This document shows, piece by piece, positions 17,923 to 25,698 of a DNA stretch of 59,132 nt (its first letter is position 1; each line of letters opens with the position of its first letter). The position numbers and the translations under genes were made by a program. This stretch comes from Candidatus Woesearchaeota archaeon (GTDB taxonomy: Archaea > Nanobdellota > Nanobdellia > Woesearchaeales > GW2011-AR4), in NCBI GenBank assembly GCA_023266475.1, contig JAHFQA010000001.1, positions 1-59,132 on the forward strand. Reading direction: 5' to 3'. The notes under the pieces were generated by a model. It was given only the letters and a program-made list of their open reading frames with translations. It did no database searches and had not been told where the DNA came from.

Positions 17923-18483
17923 ATGACAAATTTTCAGACACTATATGATAGGGTAAGTAATTATACAAGTAACCCTATGGCAGAAATACGAAGAATAGCT
18001 AAAGTAGCACTAGAAGATAAAATTATAGATCGCAGGTCTTATGATATAGTACAATATAGATTTCCTTTCCCATCCTATGATCATCGATCTGTAGAAGAGG
18101 TTGCAAGATTATTCGATATCAGTCCGACCAGGGTAAGAGAGTTAGAGCATAAGGTCTACCGGCTATTGCTAAGACATTCTCGCGAAAAAGCTGTCGAAGA
18201 GTTGATAAGAAATGGTAGCCTAAGAAGAAAAGACTTGCTAAAATTAGAGATTAAATATCTTCAATGGGGTAAAAATAAAATGAATAGAAGGGCATTAAGA
18301 GCCCTATTGAGCGAATTAGGATTAGAGGCAACTGTTGAGGATGTTATAACATTATTCGATGATGCAGCAAGAAGTGTGAGAGGGACTTTAAAATTAATAA
18401 ATTATGGCAAAGGATTAGGTCACATAACTTATGAAATATTTAGTGAAGTTGGTATAGAATTGCCTCAAGTAAAAATAAAATGA
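17923..18483 (+). CDS. Sigma-70 region-4-like / RNAP alpha-CTD-like DNA-binding protein embedded in the suf operon
   Basis: SVEEVARLFDISPTRVRELEHKVYRLL resembles the sigma-70 r4.2 HTH. SVRGTLKLINYGKGLGHITYEIFSEVGIEL resembles the alpha-CTD helix-hairpin-helix. The ATG lies 1 nt after the sufD stop. Confidence 0.5.
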   Translation: MTNFQTLYDRVSNYTSNPMAEIRRIAKVALEDKIIDRRSYDIVQYRFPFPSYDHRSVEEVARLFDISPTRVRELEHKVYRLLLRHSREKAVEELIRNGSLRRKDLLKLEIKYLQWGKNKMNRRALRALLSELGLEATVEDVITLFDDAARSVRGTLKLINYGKGLGHITYEIFSEVGIELPQVKIK

Positions 18484-18543
18484 TTGAAAACTAATTTTAA
18501 AAAATCCAATAAACTAATCAGAAATAAAAAAATATCTAATAAA

Positions 18544-19776
18544 ATGCAATCAACAAAAACAATTTTCGACAGTGAAACGATTAGAAAAGATTTTCCTATT
18601 TTAAGGAGAAAAGTACATGGAAAGCAATTAATTTACTTCGACAATGCTGCAACATCACAAAAGCCAAAGCAGGTTATAGACGCGATGGATTTTTACTACA
18701 GGAATTACAATGCGAACATCCACAGGAGCATTCACCAATTGGGAGAAGAGGCAACAGCAAAATACGAGGAAGCTCATGAAAAGGTTGCAGGATTCATACA
18801 TGCTGACTCATATGAAAACATTGTATTCACTAAAAACACAACTGAGTCATTAAATTTATTGGCTTATTCATTGACAGATGGCCTTAAAAAAGGCGATGAG
18901 ATTGTTATTTCGCAGATGGAGCACCACAGCAATTTTGTCCCATGGCAGCAATTGGCAAAGCAGCGAAATTTAAAATTAAAGTTCATTGAGATTGATGGAG
19001 AGGGAAACCTTGACGAGGAAAGCATAAAGAATAACATTACAAAGAATACAAAAATTGTTTCGCTAACCCATGTTTCAAATGTTTTGGGAACAATTAATGA
19101 CGTTGAAGAGATTGCAAAGATTTCGCATGAAAATGGAGCTTTATTTGTTGTAGATGGCGCTCAATCTGTTCCGCACCTGCCAGTTGATGTTAAAAAGATT
19201 GACGCAGATTTTTATTGCTTCAGCGGCCATAAAATGCTGGGCCCAACCGGTATCGGTGTTTTGTACGGCAAAAAGGAGCTGCTTGAAAGAATGCAGCCGT
19301 TCTTGTACGGCGGAGAAATGATAAGAGAAGTTACTTTTGATGATACAAAATTTAATGATTTGCCATGGAAATTTGAAGCTGGAACCATGAATATTGGAGA
19401 GGGCATTGGCTTAGGCGCTGCAATTGACTATTTGAAAAATGTTGGAATGAAGCAAATCCAAAATAAAGATATTAAGCTTGTTCAGTATGCAATGGATAAA
19501 ATAAAAGGAATAAAAGGAACCACTACCTACGGGCCAAAAGAAAGGGGCGCAGTTGTTTCATTCAATATTGCCGGAGTTCATGCCCACGATGTTTCCCAAA
19601 TACTTGACAGCGACGGGATTGCGATAAGGGCAGGCCATCACTGCTGCATGCCTTTGATGAGCATTTTGAAAGTTCCAGCAACTGCCAGGGCAAGCTTTTA
19701 CTTATACAACACAGAAGAAGAGATTGACAAATTTATTGGTGCACTAGGCAAGGTTAAAAAAATTTTTGCGATATGA
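18544..19776 (+). CDS. sufS: Cysteine desulfurase SufS (ORF opens at TTG 18484; ATG 18544 preferred)
   Basis: IRKDFPIL...IYFDNAATSQKP, SGHKMLGPTGIGVLY (PLP lysine), and RAGHHCCMPL (catalytic Cys loop). Confidence 0.95.
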   Translation: MQSTKTIFDSETIRKDFPILRRKVHGKQLIYFDNAATSQKPKQVIDAMDFYYRNYNANIHRSIHQLGEEATAKYEEAHEKVAGFIHADSYENIVFTKNTTESLNLLAYSLTDGLKKGDEIVISQMEHHSNFVPWQQLAKQRNLKLKFIEIDGEGNLDEESIKNNITKNTKIVSLTHVSNVLGTINDVEEIAKISHENGALFVVDGAQSVPHLPVDVKKIDADFYCFSGHKMLGPTGIGVLYGKKELLERMQPFLYGGEMIREVTFDDTKFNDLPWKFEAGTMNIGEGIGLGAAIDYLKNVGMKQIQNKDIKLVQYAMDKIKGIKGTTTYGPKERGAVVSFNIAGVHAHDVSQILDSDGIAIRAGHHCCMPLMSILKVPATARASFYLYNTEEEIDKFIGALGKVKKIFAI

Positions 19777-19925
19777 AAAAATATTTTATATTATTTTTTA
19801 AAATAAGTATTGGATTGTCTCAATGTCAAAGACAAGCAGAGCAAAAAGAATGAACTAAAGGATAGCTTTCAGAAAATAATAAACCAATATAAAAAATTAA
19901 TCCATTACTAATTGAACATTAACTA

Positions 19926-19967
19926 TAGGAAATAACTTTAATTTTCGGATACATTTGTTATTTCCTA
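19926..19967. repeat. Inverted repeat / hairpin 1 in the sufS-sufU gap
   Basis: TAGGAAATAAC (19926..19936) pairs perfectly with GTTATTTCCTA (19957..19967). The 20-nt loop contains TTCGGATA. Confidence 0.7.
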
Positions 19968-19970
19968 ATA

Positions 19971-20013
19971 AGCAAATCACAATAAAAAGTTACGGATATT
20001 AGTGTGATTTGCT
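19971..20013. repeat. Inverted repeat / hairpin 2 in the sufS-sufU gap
   Basis: AGCAAATCACA (19971..19981) pairs perfectly with TGTGATTTGCT (20003..20013). The 21-nt loop contains TACGGATA. Confidence 0.7.
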
Positions 20014-20088
20014 ATAAATACAAAAAATATAATCAAAATTAAAAATCCACAAAATAATTAAAAAATTGTAGGCTAAATACAATAAAAA

Positions 20089-20481
20089 ATGGACAATACA
20101 GAAATGATGTATCAGGAACAAATATTGGACCACTACAAAAATCCAAGGAATTTTGGCACTCTGAAGAATGCAAGCGTACATCATCATGAATACAACCCTC
20201 TTTGCGGAGACGAATTAGACTTATTTTTAATTATTGAAAATAACAAAGTTGCTGATGTCAAAATCAACGGCCACGGCTGCGCAATCTCTCAAGCAAGTGC
20301 CTCAATGCTGAGCGAACATATAAAAGGCAAAAGCCTGGATGAATTGAAAAAAATGACAAAAGAAAACATTTTGGAAATGCTGGGGATTCCAATCAGCCCT
20401 GTAAGATTGAAATGCGCATTGCTTTCATTAGATACATTAAAAAACAGCATAATAATCTATGAGAAGTATATAAATAAATAA
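20089..20481 (+). CDS. sufU: SufU-type Fe-S/sulfur-transfer scaffold
   Basis: ILDHYKNPRNFG, NPLCGD, GHGCAISQASASML and RLKCALL. No LPPVK motif. Confidence 0.9.
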   Translation: MDNTEMMYQEQILDHYKNPRNFGTLKNASVHHHEYNPLCGDELDLFLIIENNKVADVKINGHGCAISQASASMLSEHIKGKSLDELKKMTKENILEMLGIPISPVRLKCALLSLDTLKNSIIIYEKYINK

Positions 20482-20497
20482 AATAAGGGGGATTACA

Positions 20498-21253
20498 ATG
20501 ACAGACGAGCTAATAATAAAAGATTTGCATGTAAGCGTAGAAGGAAAAAAGATTTTGAATGGCGTAAACTTAGTAGTTAGAAAAGGGGAAGTCTGCGCTT
20601 TGATGGGGCCAAACGGCTCAGGAAAAAGCACATTGGCATTTACTTTAATGGGCCACCCAAATTACATAATTGACAAAGGCGAAGCATGGTACAAGAGCCA
20701 GAATATTTTTGAGTTAAGCCCAGACGCCAGGGCGAGGCTTGGAATATTTTTGTCGTTCCAGTACCCTCAGGAGATTCCAGGAGTTTCTGTTTCAAATTTC
20801 TTGAGGACAGCATACAATGCCGTAAAGCCTCAGAAAATCAGCGTTCCTGATTTTGTCAAGCTGCTGAAGGATAAGATGAAATTGCTGAAGATTGACGATT
20901 CATTCAGCCGAAGATATTTAAACGAGGGATTTTCAGGCGGAGAAAAAAAAAGGACAGAGATTCTGCAGTTAGCTGTTTTGCAGCCTGACATGGCTATCCT
21001 TGATGAAACAGATTCCGGATTGGATATTGATTCATTGAAGATAGTTGCAGAAGGCGTCAATACATTGCTTGGGCCTAACATTGGAGTTTTGGTCATAACA
21101 CATTACCAACGGCTGCTAAATTACATTACTCCAGACAGAGTTCACATTATGGTTAAAGGAAAGATTGTAAAAAGCGGAGGGAAAGAACTGGCTCATGAGC
21201 TTGAAGCAAAAGGTTATGACGAGTATGTTGAAGAGCCGGAAGTGGAAGCTTAA
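20498..21253 (+). CDS. sufC: Fe-S cluster assembly ATPase SufC
   Basis: Walker A GPNGSGKST, ABC signature FSGGEKKR and Walker B ILDETDSGLD. Confidence 0.95.
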   Translation: MTDELIIKDLHVSVEGKKILNGVNLVVRKGEVCALMGPNGSGKSTLAFTLMGHPNYIIDKGEAWYKSQNIFELSPDARARLGIFLSFQYPQEIPGVSVSNFLRTAYNAVKPQKISVPDFVKLLKDKMKLLKIDDSFSRRYLNEGFSGGEKKRTEILQLAVLQPDMAILDETDSGLDIDSLKIVAEGVNTLLGPNIGVLVITHYQRLLNYITPDRVHIMVKGKIVKSGGKELAHELEAKGYDEYVEEPEVEA

Positions 21254-21628
21254 ATGCAGAACAAAATGAACAAAGGCGCAGTCAAGTTTTTTGAGGAAAA
21301 ATTAAAATATGAGATTGACCCATATACAGTCAGGCACATAGTTGATGAAAAAGATAAGAATTATATAATTGTGGACGTTAGGGACAGCAATTCGTATAAG
21401 GCCGGCCATGTGCCAACTGCCATAAATATACCAAGCAGAGACGTTGCTAAATTTATAAACAAATTGCCAAAAAACAAAATACTTATATTTTATTGCTATC
21501 ATGTAACTTGTTTCGCAGCGCCAAGGGTTGCTTTAGGACTTGCTAATAAAGGCTATAAGGTCATGGAGATGATTGGCGGCTTTGACGAATGGCAAAAGAA
21601 CGGGCATCCAGTTGAGAAATCAAAGTGA
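21254..21628 (+). CDS. Single-domain rhodanese (sulfurtransferase)
   Basis: IVDVRDSNSYKAGHVPTAINIP plus an active-site Cys loop (CYHVTCFAAPR). The ATG directly abuts the sufC stop. Confidence 0.85.
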   Translation: MQNKMNKGAVKFFEEKLKYEIDPYTVRHIVDEKDKNYIIVDVRDSNSYKAGHVPTAINIPSRDVAKFINKLPKNKILIFYCYHVTCFAAPRVALGLANKGYKVMEMIGGFDEWQKNGHPVEKSK

Positions 21629-21669
21629 ATTAGAATAATAAATTAAACCTAAACTGATTAACTAAAATT

Positions 21670-23460
21670 TTATTCTACATATCTGCGCATTTGGACTTGT
21701 TCAGTTATTCCCAAGATATTTGTTAGAGCATTTTCTGTGAGCCAATACATCCTATCTATGTAACCAAGTTTGTCAATAATGTCTGAAAGGTCATTTCTTA
21801 TTTCAATGACCACCTGATTAGGTGATTCAAGAGGTACTTTCCACGCCCTGTAAGAACTATTATGAACAAACCTATTGGCAAATCGAAGGATAAGTGCAGC
21901 ATAACGTTCTTTTGTGGAAGCAATTCTTGAAATTGGTGTGGTTTGTACCTTCAAAATATCCGGTAGTCCTCTTTCTTGCAACTCTTGATAACTGCTTGTT
22001 ACAGTGTAAGCGTTTGCAGCCTCATTTTCAAGTCGAACTGCATTGTTTTCTGGACTTAATCTCCGTGTTGCATATTGCGGTGTTGTTTTTGAGGTAGCCC
22101 TAGCTATTGAACCACCAATATTATATAAAAGGGCAGATAGTAGCAACGTTTCTCGGAATTTTCCACTTTGGTCTTTTAAAAGATCCATAAATTCCCTAAT
22201 TGACGAAGCAAATTGAACATTTGTTAAGTACCACATTTCTTGTGACACTGGTAAAGCACTTTGGGATGCATACTCTCCAACAACTTTTTCATAAATGTTA
22301 ACTAATTCATCCGCAATCGCCAAGGAAATGGCTGACATCATAAAACTTCTTCCGTTTTTATAACGATCCATATATTCATCAATAGCAATAGTCAAAGAAG
22401 GGAGCGAGGAATCTGAATATGTTTGTTCTAATTCATCGAGAGTCTTAAAGCCATTTAAGACTTCATCGCGATACTGCGGAAGTCTTTCAAGCAAAGGCGC
22501 GTCTTTTGGAATTCGACCGTCGAAAGAAGGATGACCAAAGTTATCTATCCCTGTTATTTCATAAAGATGGAATGTTTGTTTTCCGTCTTTCTTTTTCTCG
22601 CCATAAGTTTGCAGACCTAATGGCCTAAAAAGTATATGAGAGGGCCAGTCCTTTATCGGTTCGCTTGAAGCAACAAAAATTTTGTCCTTATTTCCACTTA
22701 GCGGTCCACTTATCTTGTCATTTAATGCCTTATCAAGGTAAGGGACATCCCCTTGGAAATCGGGTTTAGGATAATGGAACAAATCATCCCTAGTGACTTT
22801 TATCTCGGTTTCACCATATATTATCCCGGATTTTGCCACTAGTCTGCCTCTTTTTTCTTCTAATTTAGATCTTAATTCTATATCAACTTCTTGGTATCTT
22901 TTTTCGTACTGTTCTTTCAATTCCCTCTTATTTTCCGGCACATAGTCACCGTAAATATCCTTAATTTGTCTTAATTCCTGAATAAATGCATCAATTATTA
23001 GATTTTGTTCCTTCGCCGTACTTTTTAATTGTCCTCTTTCTCTCAGGATTTCGACTGCAACAATATAATCTTTAAGGTATTCAGTCAAATCACGGTCCAC
23101 CCAATGCATAATTTCCGTGCTGCATCTTATTGCAGTTTCAAGACCCCCAAAAATATACATCGCATTGTCTCCCTTAGCACCTTCCCAATATCCTTTATAT
23201 TTCTCCACAATTGGGCGCACATTCTTCTTAATTTGCGTTGTGAACATAGTTCCTCTGATACCATGCTCTTTAAGAATCTGAAACACTACAGTGCTATTTG
23301 TCAAGTCAACTTCACCTTTGGCAACCACTCCATAGAATACCGTTACTTCAATTGCATCATCAGAAATACTATTAATTCTTCTAATAATTTCAGCTGAATC
23401 AAAAAGTTCTAATGTCATTTCATCAGATTCAAGTCGTAGTTCTAAATCCCCTTGTGTCAT
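21670..23460 (-). CDS. 596-aa soluble protein with divergent class III cyclase-like N-terminal region and HD-like degenerate motif
   Basis: An ordered series of cyclase-like blocks (VTVFYGVVAKG, KGDNAMYIFGG, AKSGIIYGE, GDVPYLDKAL) is split by a coiled coil. LLLSALLYNIGG sits where HD domains have ALLHDIGK. This assignment is by eye only. Confidence 0.3.
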   Translation of the reverse strand: MTQGDLELRLESDEMTLELFDSAEIIRRINSISDDAIEVTVFYGVVAKGEVDLTNSTVVFQILKEHGIRGTMFTTQIKKNVRPIVEKYKGYWEGAKGDNAMYIFGGLETAIRCSTEIMHWVDRDLTEYLKDYIVAVEILRERGQLKSTAKEQNLIIDAFIQELRQIKDIYGDYVPENKRELKEQYEKRYQEVDIELRSKLEEKRGRLVAKSGIIYGETEIKVTRDDLFHYPKPDFQGDVPYLDKALNDKISGPLSGNKDKIFVASSEPIKDWPSHILFRPLGLQTYGEKKKDGKQTFHLYEITGIDNFGHPSFDGRIPKDAPLLERLPQYRDEVLNGFKTLDELEQTYSDSSLPSLTIAIDEYMDRYKNGRSFMMSAISLAIADELVNIYEKVVGEYASQSALPVSQEMWYLTNVQFASSIREFMDLLKDQSGKFRETLLLSALLYNIGGSIARATSKTTPQYATRRLSPENNAVRLENEAANAYTVTSSYQELQERGLPDILKVQTTPISRIASTKERYAALILRFANRFVHNSSYRAWKVPLESPNQVVIEIRNDLSDIIDKLGYIDRMYWLTENALTNILGITEQVQMRRYVE

Positions 23461-23524
23461 TTTGTTAATAGGTTAGTAGATATCATTTTTAAAGCTTTGT
23501 ATTTTTCTTACTCTTTAGTACTCA

Positions 23525-24862
23525 TCAAATCACAAAATTAAACATAATATATGAAGAAAAAACAATAATCAATGTTATTCCCCATAGTATCGGCCTCCAT
23601 TTCATGATGTCTTTTCCAGGGCATGGTTTGAATGGTATAATCTCAGTCGCTGCATAGGTTGAAGAGATTATTGCAAATAACTGGAAACTTATGGACGGGA
23701 ATAATATATTTAATATAAAGAAAATAAAGGATATAATAAAAGTTCCCAGAACAATAAAATATTTAACACGGGAATATTTATTGAATAATATTTCTTTGTC
23801 TTTATGTTCCACTACAAATCCCGGGGTATTTAATGTGTTTCCTAAATATCCCGTCAAAACAGAAAAAATTGCTCCTGGAAACCAAAACAAGTACTCTGTA
23901 TGCAACTCCATATAAAAGCACATAAATATTCTCCCAATTTCGCGCACTACAAAAAATATTAATGAGCCAATTACACTAATCTTTAAAACTTCCAGTATTG
24001 GTATCCCTAGCCCAGTAACAGCTAAAGTAACTGCCAGTGCATAAATAAAAGCTCCAATAATAATCGCAATAATTTCTCTATATTTCATACTAAACTTTCC
24101 GATGGTAAAATATTTGGCTTCTGCTTGAACCCGCACTTTTTTCTTTCTCAAGCCGGTCACCACTTTTGCAAGTATTACTCTGATTGGGCCACTTATTCTT
24201 TGCCATAATGAAGCAAGCAGTACAGATAAAAAAGAAGCTACTGCAACTACTGCTGCTGGCGGCATAAATTTTCTAAGAGGAGATCTTTCTGGACCCAGTC
24301 TAGCTACATTGTTAAATCCTCTCCTATCAGAAACTACTAGAATTTTCGAACCTGCATTATTCTTACCTTCGTATATAAGAAGAATAGTCTTCGACGGATG
24401 TTCCTTTTCTTTTAATATATATTTTTCAATAATTTGAGAGGTTATTTTATTTTGGGAATGCCCTCCTAATAAAACTACCATCTTATTGGTATTAAGTAAA
24501 TCATTTAAATTTACTTCTTCATCTGATTTTGGTCTTACTTTCGCAATATAAGGATATTTTTTCTTTAAGTAATCAATTAATATAAGTTCTATACCATTCA
24601 GCTTTTCACCTTCAACAACAAGAGCAACATCATTCGGGTCATTAGCCGATTCAAGTTCCTTAAATTCTTTTTCAAGAATTTGAGCTGTTTGGTCTATTTT
24701 ATTGAAGTCTATGACTGATTGAGCAAGAGAGATAGGTAAAATTAATACGAAGATTACAATAAGAGTAAGTCTTTTTATAAATGAAATATATTCCACCCCA
24801 ATACTACCGTATAAATCTTTAAAATCATTCCTATTTATAAACTTTGTTTTGTAAAATAACAA
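23525..24862 (-). CDS. Polytopic membrane protein: extracytoplasmic N-domain + site-2-protease (M50)-like core lacking catalytic residues (TTG start)
   Basis: A signal anchor (LTLIVIFVLILPISLAQS) and multiple TM helices. REIGR stands in place of HExxH, and EIIPFKPCPGKD in place of the NxxPxxPLDG motif. Confidence 0.35.
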   Translation of the reverse strand: MLFYKTKFINRNDFKDLYGSIGVEYISFIKRLTLIVIFVLILPISLAQSVIDFNKIDQTAQILEKEFKELESANDPNDVALVVEGEKLNGIELILIDYLKKKYPYIAKVRPKSDEEVNLNDLLNTNKMVVLLGGHSQNKITSQIIEKYILKEKEHPSKTILLIYEGKNNAGSKILVVSDRRGFNNVARLGPERSPLRKFMPPAAVVAVASFLSVLLASLWQRISGPIRVILAKVVTGLRKKKVRVQAEAKYFTIGKFSMKYREIIAIIIGAFIYALAVTLAVTGLGIPILEVLKISVIGSLIFFVVREIGRIFMCFYMELHTEYLFWFPGAIFSVLTGYLGNTLNTPGFVVEHKDKEILFNKYSRVKYFIVLGTFIISFIFFILNILFPSISFQLFAIISSTYAATEIIPFKPCPGKDIMKWRPILWGITLIIVFSSYIMFNFVI

Positions 24863-24928
24863 AAAGTCTTAGAAAAACAAAAAATTTTTAAATAGAGTTG
24901 TTTAAAACTAAAATAATAGGTAATAACA

Positions 24929-25273
24929 ATGCAACAACAAACTAAAGAAATTATTGTAAGCTTGACAGACAAAGCTGCAGGCAAGGTAAAAGTATTGCTT
25001 GAGAAGGAAAATAAAAAAGATTATGGACTAAGAGTTGGAATTATGCAAGGCGGCTGCTCCGGCTATACTTATGACATTGGATTGGAAAAAGCACCGAAGG
25101 AAAACGATACAGTTTTGGAAGAAAAAGGTGTAAAAATATTCATGAATCCTGAAAGCATTGCCTTCATGAAAGGCTCAACAGTAGATTATGTTGAAACTCT
25201 GCAGAACTCAGGCTTCAAGATAATCAATCCTAACGTCAAAAGAAGTTGCGGCTGCGGGCATTCTGTCGGATAA
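24929..25273 (+). CDS. A-type Fe-S carrier (IscA/SufA/HesB family)
   Basis: GGCSGYTY and the C-terminal SCGCGHSVG motif. Confidence 0.9.
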   Translation: MQQQTKEIIVSLTDKAAGKVKVLLEKENKKDYGLRVGIMQGGCSGYTYDIGLEKAPKENDTVLEEKGVKIFMNPESIAFMKGSTVDYVETLQNSGFKIINPNVKRSCGCGHSVG

Positions 25274-25329
25274 ATTTTGTTTTTATATTTAATAATCTTT
25301 ATTAATAGATATTTATTTCTATTAGATAT

Positions 25330-25545
25330 ATGAATAAAATCAATGTTAATATTTTCATAGATAGGGAAAACAAACATGTGAAACTTGAATTAGAAAGGAA
25401 TTCACCAGTTTCGGTTTTATTGAATAAATTATGCATAAATCCAGTCACAGTTATTGTGTCAAGAAACAATGAATTGATTTTGGAAGATGAAAGTTTGAAT
25501 AATAATGATAATATAAAGATTTTGTCGGTTATTTCAGGTGGATAA
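25330..25545 (+). CDS. ThiS/MoaD/SAMP-like ubiquitin-fold sulfur carrier ending in Gly-Gly
   Basis: A 71-aa product ending ...KILSVISGG-stop. It lies directly upstream of a TtuA/NcsA-type thiolase. Confidence 0.7.
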   Translation: MNKINVNIFIDRENKHVKLELERNSPVSVLLNKLCINPVTVIVSRNNELILEDESLNNNDNIKILSVISGG

Positions 25546-25698
25546 TTTTATTATTTTTAAAATATATCTTCAATGTATGTGCCATATTGTGTACGGCTAT
25601 AAGAACTAAAAGACAAACTGAAGGATAACTTTGACTAAAACTTAAATAACCAACGCATTAACTATTTAACATTAAAAACAAATCAATTAAAAACTAAA

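Noticed and set aside
21670-24862. Interpretation as a Pycsar/CBASS-like cyclic-nucleotide defence operon
   Set aside because: The cyclase-like region appears to lack the first metal-binding Asp and the Asn/Arg substrate residues. The partner has no recognisable cNMP-binding, TIR, SAVED or other sensor domain. It is kept as an unclassified pair, not a known defence type.
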